A stretch of DNA of 64,000 bases from Trichosphaerium sp. ATCC 40318 (lineage: Eukaryota; Protista; Tubulinea): NCBI GenBank assembly GCA_038496445.1, contig JALMLS010000520.1, positions 1 through 64,000 on the forward strand. Reading direction: 5' to 3'. The notes below the pieces were generated by a model. It was given only the letters and a program-made list of their open reading frames with translations. It did not search any database and had not been told where the DNA came from. The position numbers were made by a program, and so were the translations under genes. Shown one piece after another: positions 12,056 to 24,700 of this stretch. Numbering within the stretch: the stretch's first letter is position 1; each line of letters starts with the position of its first letter.

Positions 12056-13590
12056 TCAATGCACCTGTAGATAAATACCAATAAATGCACTATCGACAGG
12101 ACCTAGAGTACTTAAAGCATAGTCAAACCCGATATTACTAAGGTCCATTGGTAAAAAAGGCAAATCCATATCCTCAAAAAGTGTACACCCGTCGCCCGTT
12201 TCTTCCTCAATTTGGTCTGTGCTGTGTAAATACGATATAATAACATATTTTGATTATACTTACTTGTGGTGCTGAAGGGTATTTGTGATGGTGATGCAAT
12301 GTAGTGGACTTCTATTTCATTCGAGTACCCATTCACTTGTTTCAAAATTAGTACATTTGCTCATCAGAAACACAATTACTTACAACACAATACTCTCACC
12401 CTTTTCACTGTTGGACTATACTCAACTGGCATATTTATGCCTGTAATAACTGCAGTGGCTTCATTCCCAATTAATTGAGGTTCAGCGCCTGAGATTAAAA
12501 CCTTGGATGGCCCTACTAACCTTTCCCCAGAGATCATAGCACCTTAAAAGTAGAATTATCCAAAGAAGTATCGTCTAACTTACTTGTCACGTGCTGTCCG
12601 AGTATTATTTGTGGGTGCGAAATACAATCAATACGAGGCGGAAGTAGTGATTTGCCTTGAATGTGTTAAATGCGATAAAGTCGTAGTTGATAACAAATCA
12701 CTAACCTATCCACGCATGCGCTGTAACATTCATTGAAACGGCTGTTATCACTTGATCGAGTCTATCTTTCTAAAATAAAAACATATTTTTAGCAACCAAA
12801 AAATTGTAAACAACGAACCCGTAACAATTCAAACTGAAGCTTACAGTGAAATACGAATTGGTCATCTTCGTGATGACGCAAAAGACCTTAAACTATTACT
12901 ACTCGCGTTCAAAAAGTCAATAACAAGTTACCTAATTGGAGCTTATCAAACGTCGCGACACCACCACGAAACCCTCGGTAAATGCAATCTACGCCATCTA
13001 ACTGAAATGAGTGTGTCTCGCTGCGCAATTTAAGGGATCTCTCCGTAGCCACTACACTGAATCAAATCACAATTATAGTTGAGTTTTTTTTTTGTTCAAA
13101 AAAACGTATTTCTGCCAGAAAATAAGGCATAGCCTAGCAATACTGCAGAAGAGTAAAAAAACAGTGAAAACCGCTCACAGACGATACTTTGGCATTTAAC
13201 ACGCACCCTGAAGTTGCTGTACAGGGTTATTTCTGTCAATATTTGTATTAGTGCGATCAGTTAACTGTGCGGGCTTAACAAAGCACTTCATAATGTAATT
13301 CGACTCATCCCCACTCATGCCTTCCTAAAAATGTTGTCAAGCCAGAAAAACTAACCAAACACAAATACCCATCCAAAGCAAGGTGGAGGCGTCAAACTTT
13401 GCTGTTCCTTACATTGGTCTCTACCAACGAAATGCAGTGGGATCGTATAGTCCGTAGAAGTGCGAAGTTGTATTAGGCGTCCATTTGGACCACAGTCCAT
13501 TGGTATGGCTGAAGTGTTAACGGTTTGATGATAAGATTTCCTTCAAATCCAAATTCCTGTACCTGGATACTGTCCAAGGGAGGTTTTCAT
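12056..13590 (-). CDS. Multi-exon protein with a putative Ig-fold (Rel-homology-like) domain, an IPT/TIG-like domain and an acidic tail; 3' end uncertain
   Basis: About 10 exons join through GT-AG introns: MKTSLGQYPAIPMDCGPNGRLIQL...GFRGGVATFDKLQLGLLRHH..FHCKLQFELL..VITAVSMNVTAH..LPPRIDCISHPQIILG..MISGERLVGPSKVLI..NGYSNEIEVHY..EEETGDGCTLFEDMDLPFLPMDL. Absent from the ORF track. The fold assignment is by eye. Confidence 0.6.
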
Positions 13591-14336
13591 TACGTCGTTA
13601 GTCTAGACTAAAACACCAGAATTCTATTAGATAAAATTGTTGACTCAAATACCTCTTTTTTTTAGTCGTAAAACTTAACTATACGAACTGATACGCCCGA
13701 GAGCGGTAGATACGAAGAGTTTATTGTGAAAGAACGGTTTCTTTACAGATACAAAGTTGTGTTTGACATGACGTGCAATCTTGTTTTCGTTCCAAAAATT
13801 TGTCCGTGTCCCTACGTGAAGGAACGGCGTTAGTAATAAGGCATGTGATGTACACTGTGCCAGTGCCGCCACAATCTAGGTTTGTTTTCATATTTTACAG
13901 TAGCAGAAAACTCGTGTGCTACAAAGGGGGCCAGTTAAAACGAGAAGGGCACATAATTTTGAACCTCAATAAATAGTTCAAGTGTCATGTAAATCGGTCA
14001 CAACCTCCTCGCATAAACGGCTCGTATGCGCCTCGCTAGTTCTACAGGCTATTGTATGCTATTGCAACAAGGGAAAAGTTGTGAAAAGAATGATCTGGGC
14101 CAGACCTAAAATACGCTATCACGGATTTCCTGCCCTCAGGCGCTCTTGTTCGCCATCGCACGTGTTATTGGTCAAAAACCTACAAAATCACACTGCGAAA
14201 GTTATATTGTTATCAACGCCTTTACTGGCACATTTTGGGTACATTTACAAAAACTTTTCACCTGTAAAATTGAACGTATTCAAGAAAGCTGTTCGGCCCT
14301 AACAAATTTCTTTTATTGTATAAATACAACTGGCCA

Positions 14337-16321
14337 ATGGCTGAAACCACTAATGGTGTGAAATGCCAAGCAAAACTTCATACAGCTAACTGGATTTTAG
14401 AGTTATTTCTGGCACTCCACGAAGACCCCAACAAAGTTATTGAAGCTATTAACGACCCCAGTAGTGGAATTGAGACAATGCAATTGCCGCGTACGCAGAA
14501 AATTATTATTTTTCTTTCCCAACGTTTCACCAGAGTCTGGAGACAATCTATTGCATATGGCAGTTAGTATTGAAAATTTGTCATTGGTTCTCAAGCTTGT
14601 AACGCAGATTGACTGCAACACAAGCAATAACAAGGGTGAGACTCCATTACACCTAGCCGCAATGAAAGGAAACGCCAGTATCGCGTCGCTCCTAATACAC
14701 AATGGCACGAAATTCGTTAGAAGTATTTGGTCACGTGCTAAAATAGTTGTAGGAGCTAGTATTAGTGCTTGTACAAAAAGGAACGAAACAGCAGCTGATA
14801 TAGCGGCGAGGTACTGGCCAGAAAATGAACGGATCCAGCACTTAGTTAGACCAGCTGTAAGAATACCAAAGCCACTAGCAAAGATACCAGAAGAGTCACT
14901 TCAATTTGCACCTATCCGACAACAAGTTTTTTTTTCCTCATCCGAAATTTGCGATACACCACTATCGCCTCAAAAATACATTCAAGCAAAATTCAAATGG
15001 ATATTCGTGATAACGTTGGCACAAGGTCGAAACTTGAGCGGTGTAAGTCTTTTCCGCTTTTCTCTCCCCCAACGTGTGAAACTCACTCTCATAAGCGCCT
15101 GAAACCTGAATATAAAGCGAAGCCATTCAAAAACCGCGAAGCAATCAGAATGATTCTTCCTGGAAGCGACATAACAAAATATGTATGTGATGTTAAGCAT
15201 AAGACCAAAGAAGACTTAAAACGAACATTCCCTTGTAGCGAACCAAACAAAAAATATAATAAGCAGAAAGGGAGACACCCAGTATTAGAGAAACAACAAT
15301 CTTGGACACCTACACCAGATGGCAACTTACAGTACAGCCTGGTATTGGCCATTGCTCACGGTGGCTGGTACTCTGCCAGCATCAGATACAAAGCTGACTG
15401 TAAAGAAGAAATTTTTAATATTTCCATCCGAGCGTTCAATCCTCGCAATCCCAAATTTTCAGGGCTCAAAGACGAAATTTCATCCTACACATCTGAAAAA
15501 CAAGTAAAAGAACAAGAAAAGAAACTCAAAAGTCGCAGTTTTGAGAACGGATCCAGTAAGCGAACAAAGACAAAGCAGTACGTTATCAGATTACTCTAGT
15601 TTCAGCTAACTGCTAATGTTAATTAAGGCTAACAAACAATAAACAAAAGAGGCAACGAATAGAAAAGGCTGCGAGATTGCACAAAAGTAATTCAGCTGAG
15701 ATCCTGAAGGAGAAAATGTCAAATCTCCTTGTGGGTAAAAAGCATTCTTCAATGTTCAAAATCAGCTTGCTTGGTAAACCTGTAGATGAACAAATCACCT
15801 GCGGAAATACACCCACAACTCCTGTTGCAATCAATAGAAATACTTTTAATGAAAAAGAATTAAACGAGCTTCTTATGGAAGCCTCTCAGTACATTTATGG
15901 CTCTAAACAAATAATTATACAAAAACTTCGCAGAGAAAGAGACGCCGACTTGGACTTTGCCAACAACTCATTTATCATCACCGTACGAGGTTCTGACTGC
16001 ATCCCTGAAGCCTACTCAAAAGAAAGCTGCTTTTTCAAGCATGGTCTACTTTGGTCGGCTGTGGCTCACCGCCCTACAGTCCAAGAGGTTCGATTTTCAG
16101 GTGTTCCGGGACCTATTACTGTAAGTAAATTTTCGTCTTTTCTGGCAAATCATTTCAATGCCAACGTTACTCATGGAAAGCGAGTACTATTACACACTTT
16201 CCCAACTAAAGACATTATCATTTCTCTTGGTAAAGCATGTTATGAGCTCTTGAAAGGGACGTTCTCTTTAAGGATCAATGAAGAAGTGATACGCATCAGA
16301 TATGAAACCATTCATAGTTAA
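14337..16321 (+). CDS. Spliced ankyrin-repeat protein with a C-terminal region resembling L1/Tx1 ORF1 RRM domains
   Basis: Introns near 14491-14533, 14705-14752 (GC-AG), 15043-15095 and 15577-15627 join the ORF-track pieces into one frame. Ankyrin motifs GDNLLHMAV, NNKGETPLHLAA and NETAADIA are present. Confidence 0.75.
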
Positions 16322-16400
16322 CCTAGTTTTTCATAATCCGGCAAAACTGTTTTATTCCTACTCCAAGTTAAGTGTACTAATAAAATACATTGTTTTTTCA
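16302..16400 (+). mobile_element. Possible stub of non-LTR retrotransposon ORF2 (APE endonuclease N-terminus)
   Basis: The ATG overlaps the upstream ORF by 20 nt. MKPFIVNLVFHNPAKLFYSYSKLSVLIKYI resembles the hhxxNxxxL...K...L..(W/Y)I start of LINE APE domains. No RT or further APE motifs follow. Confidence 0.35.
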
Positions 16401-16853
16401 ACTATTAATAAGAACATATGCAATTCTGACTTGGGATTATGTATGCTAGCGTCCTTGCTTTTTCCTGCGCTACTAGCGCTAATTGATAAATAAATACAGC
16501 ATAACTCATCTTGTGAAGGCCCCAAGTACAATCACTTTCAAGTGCTTTAGTCACCAGTAGCTGAAACACTATCGTTGTCGTGCTAGAGTGAAAACAAACG
16601 AAGAATGCTCAGGAACCAATGGTTGTTCATACATTTACCCACATTTGCCTTACCGTCGCATGAAATGTTTTCATGTACTACACGTTGTGCGCGAAAATTG
16701 CTTAAAAGGCAATTTAAGTTTTCATTTCACACCTGCGCCTGGAATAGCGACAGTCTAGAAACAAGTCATCGCTGAACAATTGTGCTACGCACTCGTTTCA
16801 GCCACTGAAGCGTAGTATTTATTTTGGGCTATTGGGCCATTTCTTAGCACACC

Positions 16854-19800
16854 ATGAGCAAGTACGACCAGATTAATAGGCTAAATGCTCTGTTTTTGTA
16901 TTATTCGTGCAGGCACTTCATTGCGACCCAAACAAACTAAAAGCCGATTTATTGCTAGTTTTGGTCGCTTGCTACCTCACAACACTTACTTGATGGCTTT
17001 TTTTTTGTTTTCACCATGAAAAGCTATAACGCTATACCACAAACCAATGCTATTAAACACGACATTTGTTGATATTAATTCCAGGCTTGCGAAACTCACT
17101 GGAGGCGATGTTGGTCGCGACACGTTGGCAGTAAAGTCTATGAAAGCATCTAAACGGAATTCTACGCCATTGAAGCAAAAAAGCCCAAAAGTACTGAAAG
17201 CCGCACCGCCAAGTCCACGATCCGCTACTTCTAATAAATCATCCGCAAGAGAAAAAACAGGTAGTACTTGGCCCCTTTCCGTTTACAGACGCACAAACTA
17301 AACATTTAATTAAGGAGAACTAAAACTCGCGAAACTGAGCACACCAGACTTCGATGAGGGTCTAGGATCAAAATCAGCACACAAATATTTTTTCCGTTAC
17401 AAAGCACCCTCAGATTACATTTACTATGCACGAAATGAATCAGAGGTAAGTACTGCCTTATGGTCCTCTGTGTTGACACTTTTTAACAGCTACAAGTTGC
17501 TGGTCATTTTATCAATATACAGTCGTTTAAACTGCTTAAACGAGGCTCCAACGTGCACACGTTTTATATAGCGCGTCCTCAGTCCAATCCTCACGGATTT
17601 TATTTCATGGCCAAGGATAGTGCCACATTGTGCGTTATATGTTTTATTATGCTCCTATTATACGCGTCACACTCGTTTAACGTATCGTTTGTGGATTTTA
17701 TTTAATTTTATTTATTTGTTACAACGCTTTTACGTTTACGTACTCATTGCATGTAGTGATTATTGGTATGAAGTATTTGATAGTATTATCAATGCGCAAA
17801 TAAGTAAAGTTCGCCACATGATGCTTGATAGCACGAATAATTTGGTTCTAACACGCACAACGTCATCGCAGACGTCTTATAAGTATCACCACTATATTTA
17901 CGTTAGGCGTACGTCACATTTGGCCAATATTCTTTGCGATTATTGCTTTGTTGATTCATAATGAAAATTTTTTGATTACACTTGGGTTTACGAGGCTAAT
18001 ATTATATAGTGAGTGAGGCTAAACTCCAGTCAACATACGATAGTTATGCCCTACTACATTGTGATCACTCTGTAGAGAAATCTAGTGCGTTTTTATTTAT
18101 TTTAGGAGATTTATTAATTTTTCTACTTCTAGCGATTGTTAAGGCTAGTAATAATCCTCTATGGGTTGAAGACTATGAATTACAAGTTGTAGATCCTAAT
18201 GAGTCTACTTTACGTCTTACAATATGGGAAGATAAGAAACTAACTGATACTCTCATTGGTTGTGCTGATATAAATATCGCTCAATTTTCTGCCAATACAA
18301 ATGAGAAGCAAGAGCTTTGGGTTGATCTAATGTCAGCTTCTGCTTCTGATGCCATTATAATGGGTGACCTAAATGTTAGAATTTCTTTCAATGTGGCTAC
18401 TTCATCACTATCAGTATCCAGTAAGGCTACAAGATTATAGTTGTTTGTTAGTTGACTTTTTTTTTTGTAGTAAGGAAAGCAAGGAACCTTGCTAAAGCTA
18501 AAGGTACTTGAGGTTGTGAATACTATTTTATACTTAAGCTGTTAGGATTTGATCGTGGTTATATGGCCAAGTTATCTCTAAAGGGAGAGAAATCCCAGCG
18601 TACTAGATCTGTAAAGATGGAAGGTCGTATTAATGAAGTGAATTGGTTTGAAGACTTTACATTGTACGACTTTGTTTTTATTGTTTGACAAATAGCTTAC
18701 AAATGTATCTGTAGTTCGGGTACTAATATAGCAAACTGTCACGAAGCGTTAGTGATATCAGTATCAAGAGAAACAACAGCACTTCGGGGAAGGGTAAGAA
18801 ATATTGCCTTTGTGGTTTTTTTCTTCTGGTTTAATGTTGTTTGTAGCGGTCGTTAGGAAAGGTTGAGATTCCTGCGTCTACTTTTCTATCAGCTAAAAAC
18901 GAAGAAGCTTGGTACTTACTTCATTCAGATGAGACAAAGGTTGAAAAGAAAGAAGCAGTTAAAAAGGGTTCTGTAAGACTTACAGTCCGATATAAGGTAA
19001 GGAAGAATAAGTTACAACAAAAAATTCATTTTTTTGTTTAGGATTATAGAATCTTTAAGCCTAAGCTCTTTGAGTCGTTTACCAACCTTATTTTGGAACA
19101 AAGTACAGGTCTAGTATCAATTTTAGATAAATTATCAGCTGGTACTGATGCTGCTGCTCTTGGAAGAAAGAAGCAGTTGGCTAAAACATTAGTTAATATT
19201 TATGAGGCAAAAAATATGTAAGTCTTTTTTCACTGCGTATGAGTTCTTCTAAATCAAGATTTAGGGCGCCTCTTGTATTAAAGAATCTTGTGAGCTTGGA
19301 GATTGCAGAATCTCAAGCAGTTGAGACGTTATGGCGGTAAGTTGTTTGCTATTTAATTGAATACTTTTTTTTTACTTTTTTTTAGTGCTAATTCTGTTGG
19401 ATCTCATGCTATTGATTCCTACATGAAGTATTCTGCCGTAGACTACTTGCATGAGATGGTCAGACCTCTCGTAGAGAAGATATATGATGAAAGACAAGTG
19501 CTTGGTGTATGCGTTGATATTTTTGAGTGAAGAGTATTAATGTCTTTTATTAGGTTTTTGATAATGCTAAACCAGCATCAGATGCGCTCATAGCGTACCT
19601 TGAACCATTTTTGGCTGATTTATGGGCTTCTGGAGATAAATTACCTGTGTACGTTAGAAATGGTTTAACTTACGTCATGTGTTTATTGTTTATTACAGGC
19701 CTATGCGTGGTTTGTTTCAACACTTGCGTGTTGAAGCTGGTAAGAAATTCCCTGGTGATGCTGTAGTACAGTATACAGCCGTCAGTGCATTTTTATTCTT

Positions 19801-21444
19801 GAGGTTTATTGTTGCTGCTATTAAGAGTCCTAAGTTGTTTAAGCTAGTAAAGTATCACCCTGGTAAGATTATAGCGCACTTTGATGACCTCTTTTGCTTA
19901 AAAGTTTGGTTCTCTTTTTTAACTTTTTTGTTTTTTAGATGGTGAGACGGATAAAAGCCTTACAGTGCTTGCTAAGACAATTCAAAAGATTGCAAACTTG
20001 GCTCCTTTAGGAGAACATGAAAAAGAAGGACGTGAAGCTATTACAAAGCTTATTGTTTCTCATCAAGAGCAGCTTAAGAAGTTTATTGATTCTGTTACTG
20101 TAAGCGCTTCTTTTTTTTTTCCCCAAATTTTTTTTTTTATATTGATTGCTGTTAGATTTTTATACCACATGACCCTGGATTTAATCCAGCTGCTGTTGAT
20201 TTTGAACGAGAGTTATCTTACTTGGCCGATTTTTTACAGACCAAGACAAAAGAGCTACAACAAATGGCTTCAGCGCTAGAGGATAGTAAAGAAGGTTCTA
20301 AGGTAAGTATTTATTATTTGATGATTGGTTTTTTAACTGTGGCTTTAGGTCGAAATTAGGCGTACAATTGCGCCTCTTTTGGATGTTTTAAGCGTTTTAA
20401 AACAGCACAGTGGACCAGTTCCAATTATTAAGCGTGGTATGTTACCTAAGAAGCACCCAAAACCTAGATCATCATCCGAAGGACCTCGTGCGTAGTAACT
20501 TTCTTTTTGAGTTTATTTAAATTAACACTTTCCTCTAGCGGTTGATGAACCCAAAACATTCCCTGGAGATAGTATTAGAAATCAGAGGATAAAAGCATCT
20601 CAGAGCTACGGCGCTGCTGATAGGCACAGTCGTATGTTTTATTTGATAATAAAATAGTGTTACGTCCTATCTAACACCTATTCAGTTGGTAAACGAGGCA
20701 AACAACATTCAAGGAATGCTTCAGATCTACCACGTGTTCGACTATCACATAGCAATCCGCACAAGAAGCGACGTGCAAGTGAGAAACGGAGGATCTTAAG
20801 GTGAGAAAAAGTTACTTATACACGTGCTTAAACAACGTTACTTTAGAGCAACTGGTAAACGAGGAATGAGTTCTGCTGCAAGTGATGAAGGTCTAAGTAA
20901 CCGCATCAAGCAAAGTGAAAACAAAGACACAATTACTGGCATTCCACGTTCAGCGTAAGCAATTTTTTCAATTATTTTTAGCACGTGCTGTACTTCATTT
21001 TGAAAAAAACAGCATAAATTTCCTTTATATCATAAGAAGAAGGCTCCATGGTGTAACGGTTATCATACGTGTTTTTGGTACATGTGACCCCGGTTCGACT
21101 CCGGGTGGAGCCTAATATCTTTTTGCTTTTTCCTATTGTGTCTGACTTTTTCTCCAGCACTACTGGCGCCCTCACCACTGGCTTGTCTCGTTCTGAAATT
21201 GCATTGGAGAGTTCAGATGACCAGTCAGTAGATTCAGTTTCTCCTCGTAATTTCAAGGGTGTAAAAGACATTGATGGGCGTGGTCGTTTTTACACCAAGC
21301 CAGCAGAAAAAGAACCCAAAAAGAAGGAAAGACGTAAATCTAGGTGTACGTTGATTTATTTTTCGTGTTGCTTTGCACTTACTTACATGCTTTTGTTTTT
21401 TAGCTTCAGATAAAAAAAAGAAAAAGATTGTTACAGATAATTGA
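16854..21444 (+). CDS. PH-C2-C2-RasGAP protein (multi-exon)
   Basis: PH-like exons (YFFRYKAPSDYIYYA..WYEVF), C2 motif (NPLWVEDYEL..LRLTIWEDKKLTDTLIG), RasGAP motifs TLWRANS, AVSAFLFLRFIVAAIKSPKLF and LAKTIQKIAN. Low-complexity basic tail. Confidence 0.88.
21042..21113 (+). tRNA. tRNA-Gln(UUG): tRNA-Gln (anticodon TTG), inside an intron of the RasGAP gene
   Basis: Cloverleaf: acceptor GGCTCCA/TGGAGCC, anticodon arm CGTGT-TTTTGGT-ACATG, T arm CCCGG-TTCGACT-CCGGG, A box TGGTGTAACGG. A T-run terminator lies just downstream. Confidence 0.95.
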
Positions 21445-21789
21445 TAGGATAGGATATTTAGTAACCCTATTGTTGATGTAAGTAATACCTGTACATGTGT
21501 AATCATAATGTCATACTCAATACAAATTGCTATGATGTACACTGCTCTTTGGTTCTGTAAACAAAAAGTCCGCCCCAAAAAGTTTTTTTAGCTTTTCGCT
21601 TACTAGACATGCCTTTGAGAAAAATGCTGCCACACGTAAACAATTGCTTTAAAACTTAGAGAGTGGAGTATAAGTTCCACGTGACTTTTTTTCTGAACGG
21701 TTTTATTTTATCAAGTTAACTATTTCCACTCAAGCATTTCTTTCAACTACTGCCAGTTTAGTAACAAACTAACAAAGGCAAGAAACTCC

Positions 21790-24700
21790 ATGCCTCTTAT
21801 ACCTCCTACGCGTTCTTTTTCTAGAGCACTATGGGATGATGTAATGCATGATTTCGACTTTGTTATGCAGAAAAAGCGCGTTGTAGACGCGTCTGGTAAT
21901 CGTTTGTTTACCGATACTCAATTTCGTATCGCGTTAAAGTGCAATCGGTTTCTAGTTGCTAAAGCGAAGGATGAGGTTGAAATAAAGAGAGATTGGGCTA
22001 AATTACATCCAACTCTTGATAATGACGTTATAACAGCTGAGATTGGCGTAAAAAAGTATGAACAGCGTGTGTCTTCACGTACTGAGGACTTGGGTGTACG
22101 TTACGCTAGTTACATAATACAACCGTCTAAAAACAACCTAGCACCAAGCCAATACGTACATAGATTGTATAGACGGTGTTATAAGCGATCTAGCGGGATT
22201 AAAAGAAAAAACAAACAATTTCAGTAGAACCAAAGGTAAATCAAACAAAAGTAACGTATTCGCCGTGATGTGATGCAATTTCGCGCTTTCCGTGTGAAAA
22301 ACGTTTTTACCCAACAAAAAAAAGTTCTAACTTTTTTACAAGGTATCTCTGCCATTGCTTTGGAGCTATGTAAATTGTCTCATGCTTGTATTGTCAATGC
22401 TTATAATGTTGTTGATGGTCACGTGAGGAGTGTTGCAAGTCGGGTATGTAATAATTCTTCAAGGAATTCGAGTTTTAATAGTCACACCAACAACGACAAA
22501 AAAAAAGACTTGGAGAAAATAATATTCTTACGGTTTTTCTTCTTCTAGGTATCCATGGATTGTCCTTTGGATGTACCAAGATCTCCTAGTTTCGAAGATA
22601 TTGCTGAAGCACAACTAGATGATGTACACGTGATATTTCGGTTTAAAACGAGGGTACTAACTTAAAAACAAATAGGGATTGAAATTATTACAAGAATGTG
22701 CGAAACGTATTCATGATATTGCATCTACCCATGATGATGCATTACATAATCTAAAACTTGTTTCAAGTGATCCACAGCTTCAGTCATTATGGAGGAGGCA
22801 AGTATTTGAAGATCTGCCAGATGTGACACATTGAGCTGTTCTTATTTTTTTCTTGTTTTAATTACTAACCTGCTTGTTGTCGTAGTGACCTATTTTTTAA
22901 AGAAGTTTATTATCCTCCTGTGCTTTGTCCAAAATCAAAGATGGTAGATAATCGATGGGTTAGAGAAATTCTTTTATTAACCAGTGAAGAAAAGATTGAG
23001 GAGATGATGTATAATCACTTGGATAAATTAGTTACTTTTGGAAGCAAAAAGTACGTTTTTTTGAACATCAAAAAACAGCGCATGAGTCCTTTTTGTAGCT
23101 CGATGAAACTCGTTAAAGCATCTTCATAATGAATAGAAACCAAAGAAACTCTTTATTTAAATTTGTAGTGTTATGAGGGCGTTGAATTTTCTTGAGAACT
23201 TATGGGCTAGTTTTTTTTGATTTTATTTTTGTTGATTTTGTTTTGGTTTTTAGGAAACAACAGCAAAAGTCAGATCATCCTTGGTCAATTGCGATGAATT
23301 ATATGTTAAAGAATTGGTCTAAAATATTAAATTCAAAGCTATCTAATAATTATATTGACGCTGATCTTCTAAGAAAGTTTAAATCCGATATGGAACAATT
23401 CTTGGGTATATACTTTTCTTCTTTGGAAGAAAACTTGATAGCAGTACCTAACATCACAAAATAGATTTAATGGTTGTCTCAGCTAAACTATCTTTGATTG
23501 ATTTATCAGAATCTGAGGCGCATTTACAGCTTCTAAGGTGCGTAACTTGACAGTGGCTACAAAATGTCAAAAGTTGCACGTTTTTTTTGGATAACGCTAA
23601 CGATTCCTAGGCAATGCCTTAAAGATATTATTGTTTCTAGATTATATAAGTACATACACCATTTATATCGTTTAACAGTACGTTATTAAAATGGTGTGTT
23701 TGTTAGGCGTTGTTCTAATGTATTTTTCTTTGATAGCATGTTAAAAATGATAAGACATTGTGTTTGAAAATGACAGAGTTGAGGTACTTTATAGTGCATT
23801 CTTTTGTTACCCCTTTTTGGTTCCTTTATAAACAGATATATAGTACAGTATCCTTGGAGCAGCTTGGAATACCTGAACAATTCTGGGATGCATTGAAGGT
23901 GCTTCTTTGTATACTTTGTTGTTTCTATGTTAATTTTAACAAATAGGATGGTAAAGGATTAGAAGAACCACTTCTTGATTGTAAACTATTTCTTGAATCC
24001 AAAAGTGTTCGAGAAAAGTTTAAACACTTACAAAAAATGATTTCAAGCACATCAGACATGGCTGTGAAATCAAAAGCGAAATTATTGTACGTTTCTTATT
24101 TTTTTCTCTTTTGCATTGGTTTTCCCGGAATAACTATTCACCACGGATACTGCAGTTCTACCATGTTTACATTTTAAACTGTGTAAATCAAGTATATCAT
24201 TACGGAGGGTTATTTAATTCCGTTGGTTACACTAGAAACAAGGAAAAAGTTCAAAAACTTTGAGTTGATTTTGTTTTTAGAGGTGCTGATGATTTGTTGC
24301 CTTTATTATGTCATACACTTGTTCATGCTAAAATTGAAACTTTGTACTCTGATTTAGCGTTATTATCTGACTTTTCACCCAATATGATGGGCAAAAATGG
24401 TAATGACTAATACGAGTTAAAAGGTTAGCTAAAGATGTTTTTTAATAGGTTATATTTTGGCAACACTTCAGACTGTTGTTGAGTATTTGCTTCACTTTGA
24501 AGTAAAGAAGGAAACTAAAGAAGAACATATATCACCAAGATGGGTACATTTTCTATAGAAACCTTAATTTGAGACTAACAATAAAGTAGAGACCAAGCAT
24601 GTTCCTACAAGATCAAGAATGTACTTTTTTTTTGTTGCCTTGTTTTGACCTTAACTCACCTCTTATAGCCCCAGAAAACACAGATAATATATCTACGACC

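Noticed and set aside
13060-13120. Non-canonical AT-AG intron (ATACGT donor) in the RHD-like gene
   Set aside because: A canonical GT donor four bases further on gives an open frame (GRNT|VVATE), so the unusual donor is not needed.
21042-21113. Suppressor tRNA or stop-codon reassignment
   Set aside because: The anticodon reads TTG (standard Gln). TAA, TAG and TGA all terminate genes here, and spliced models need no readthrough.
24087-24280. Intronic H/ACA snoRNA in the VPS9 gene
   Set aside because: Longer-than-usual intron with weak hairpins, but I could not place convincing H and ACA boxes on a two-hairpin fold.
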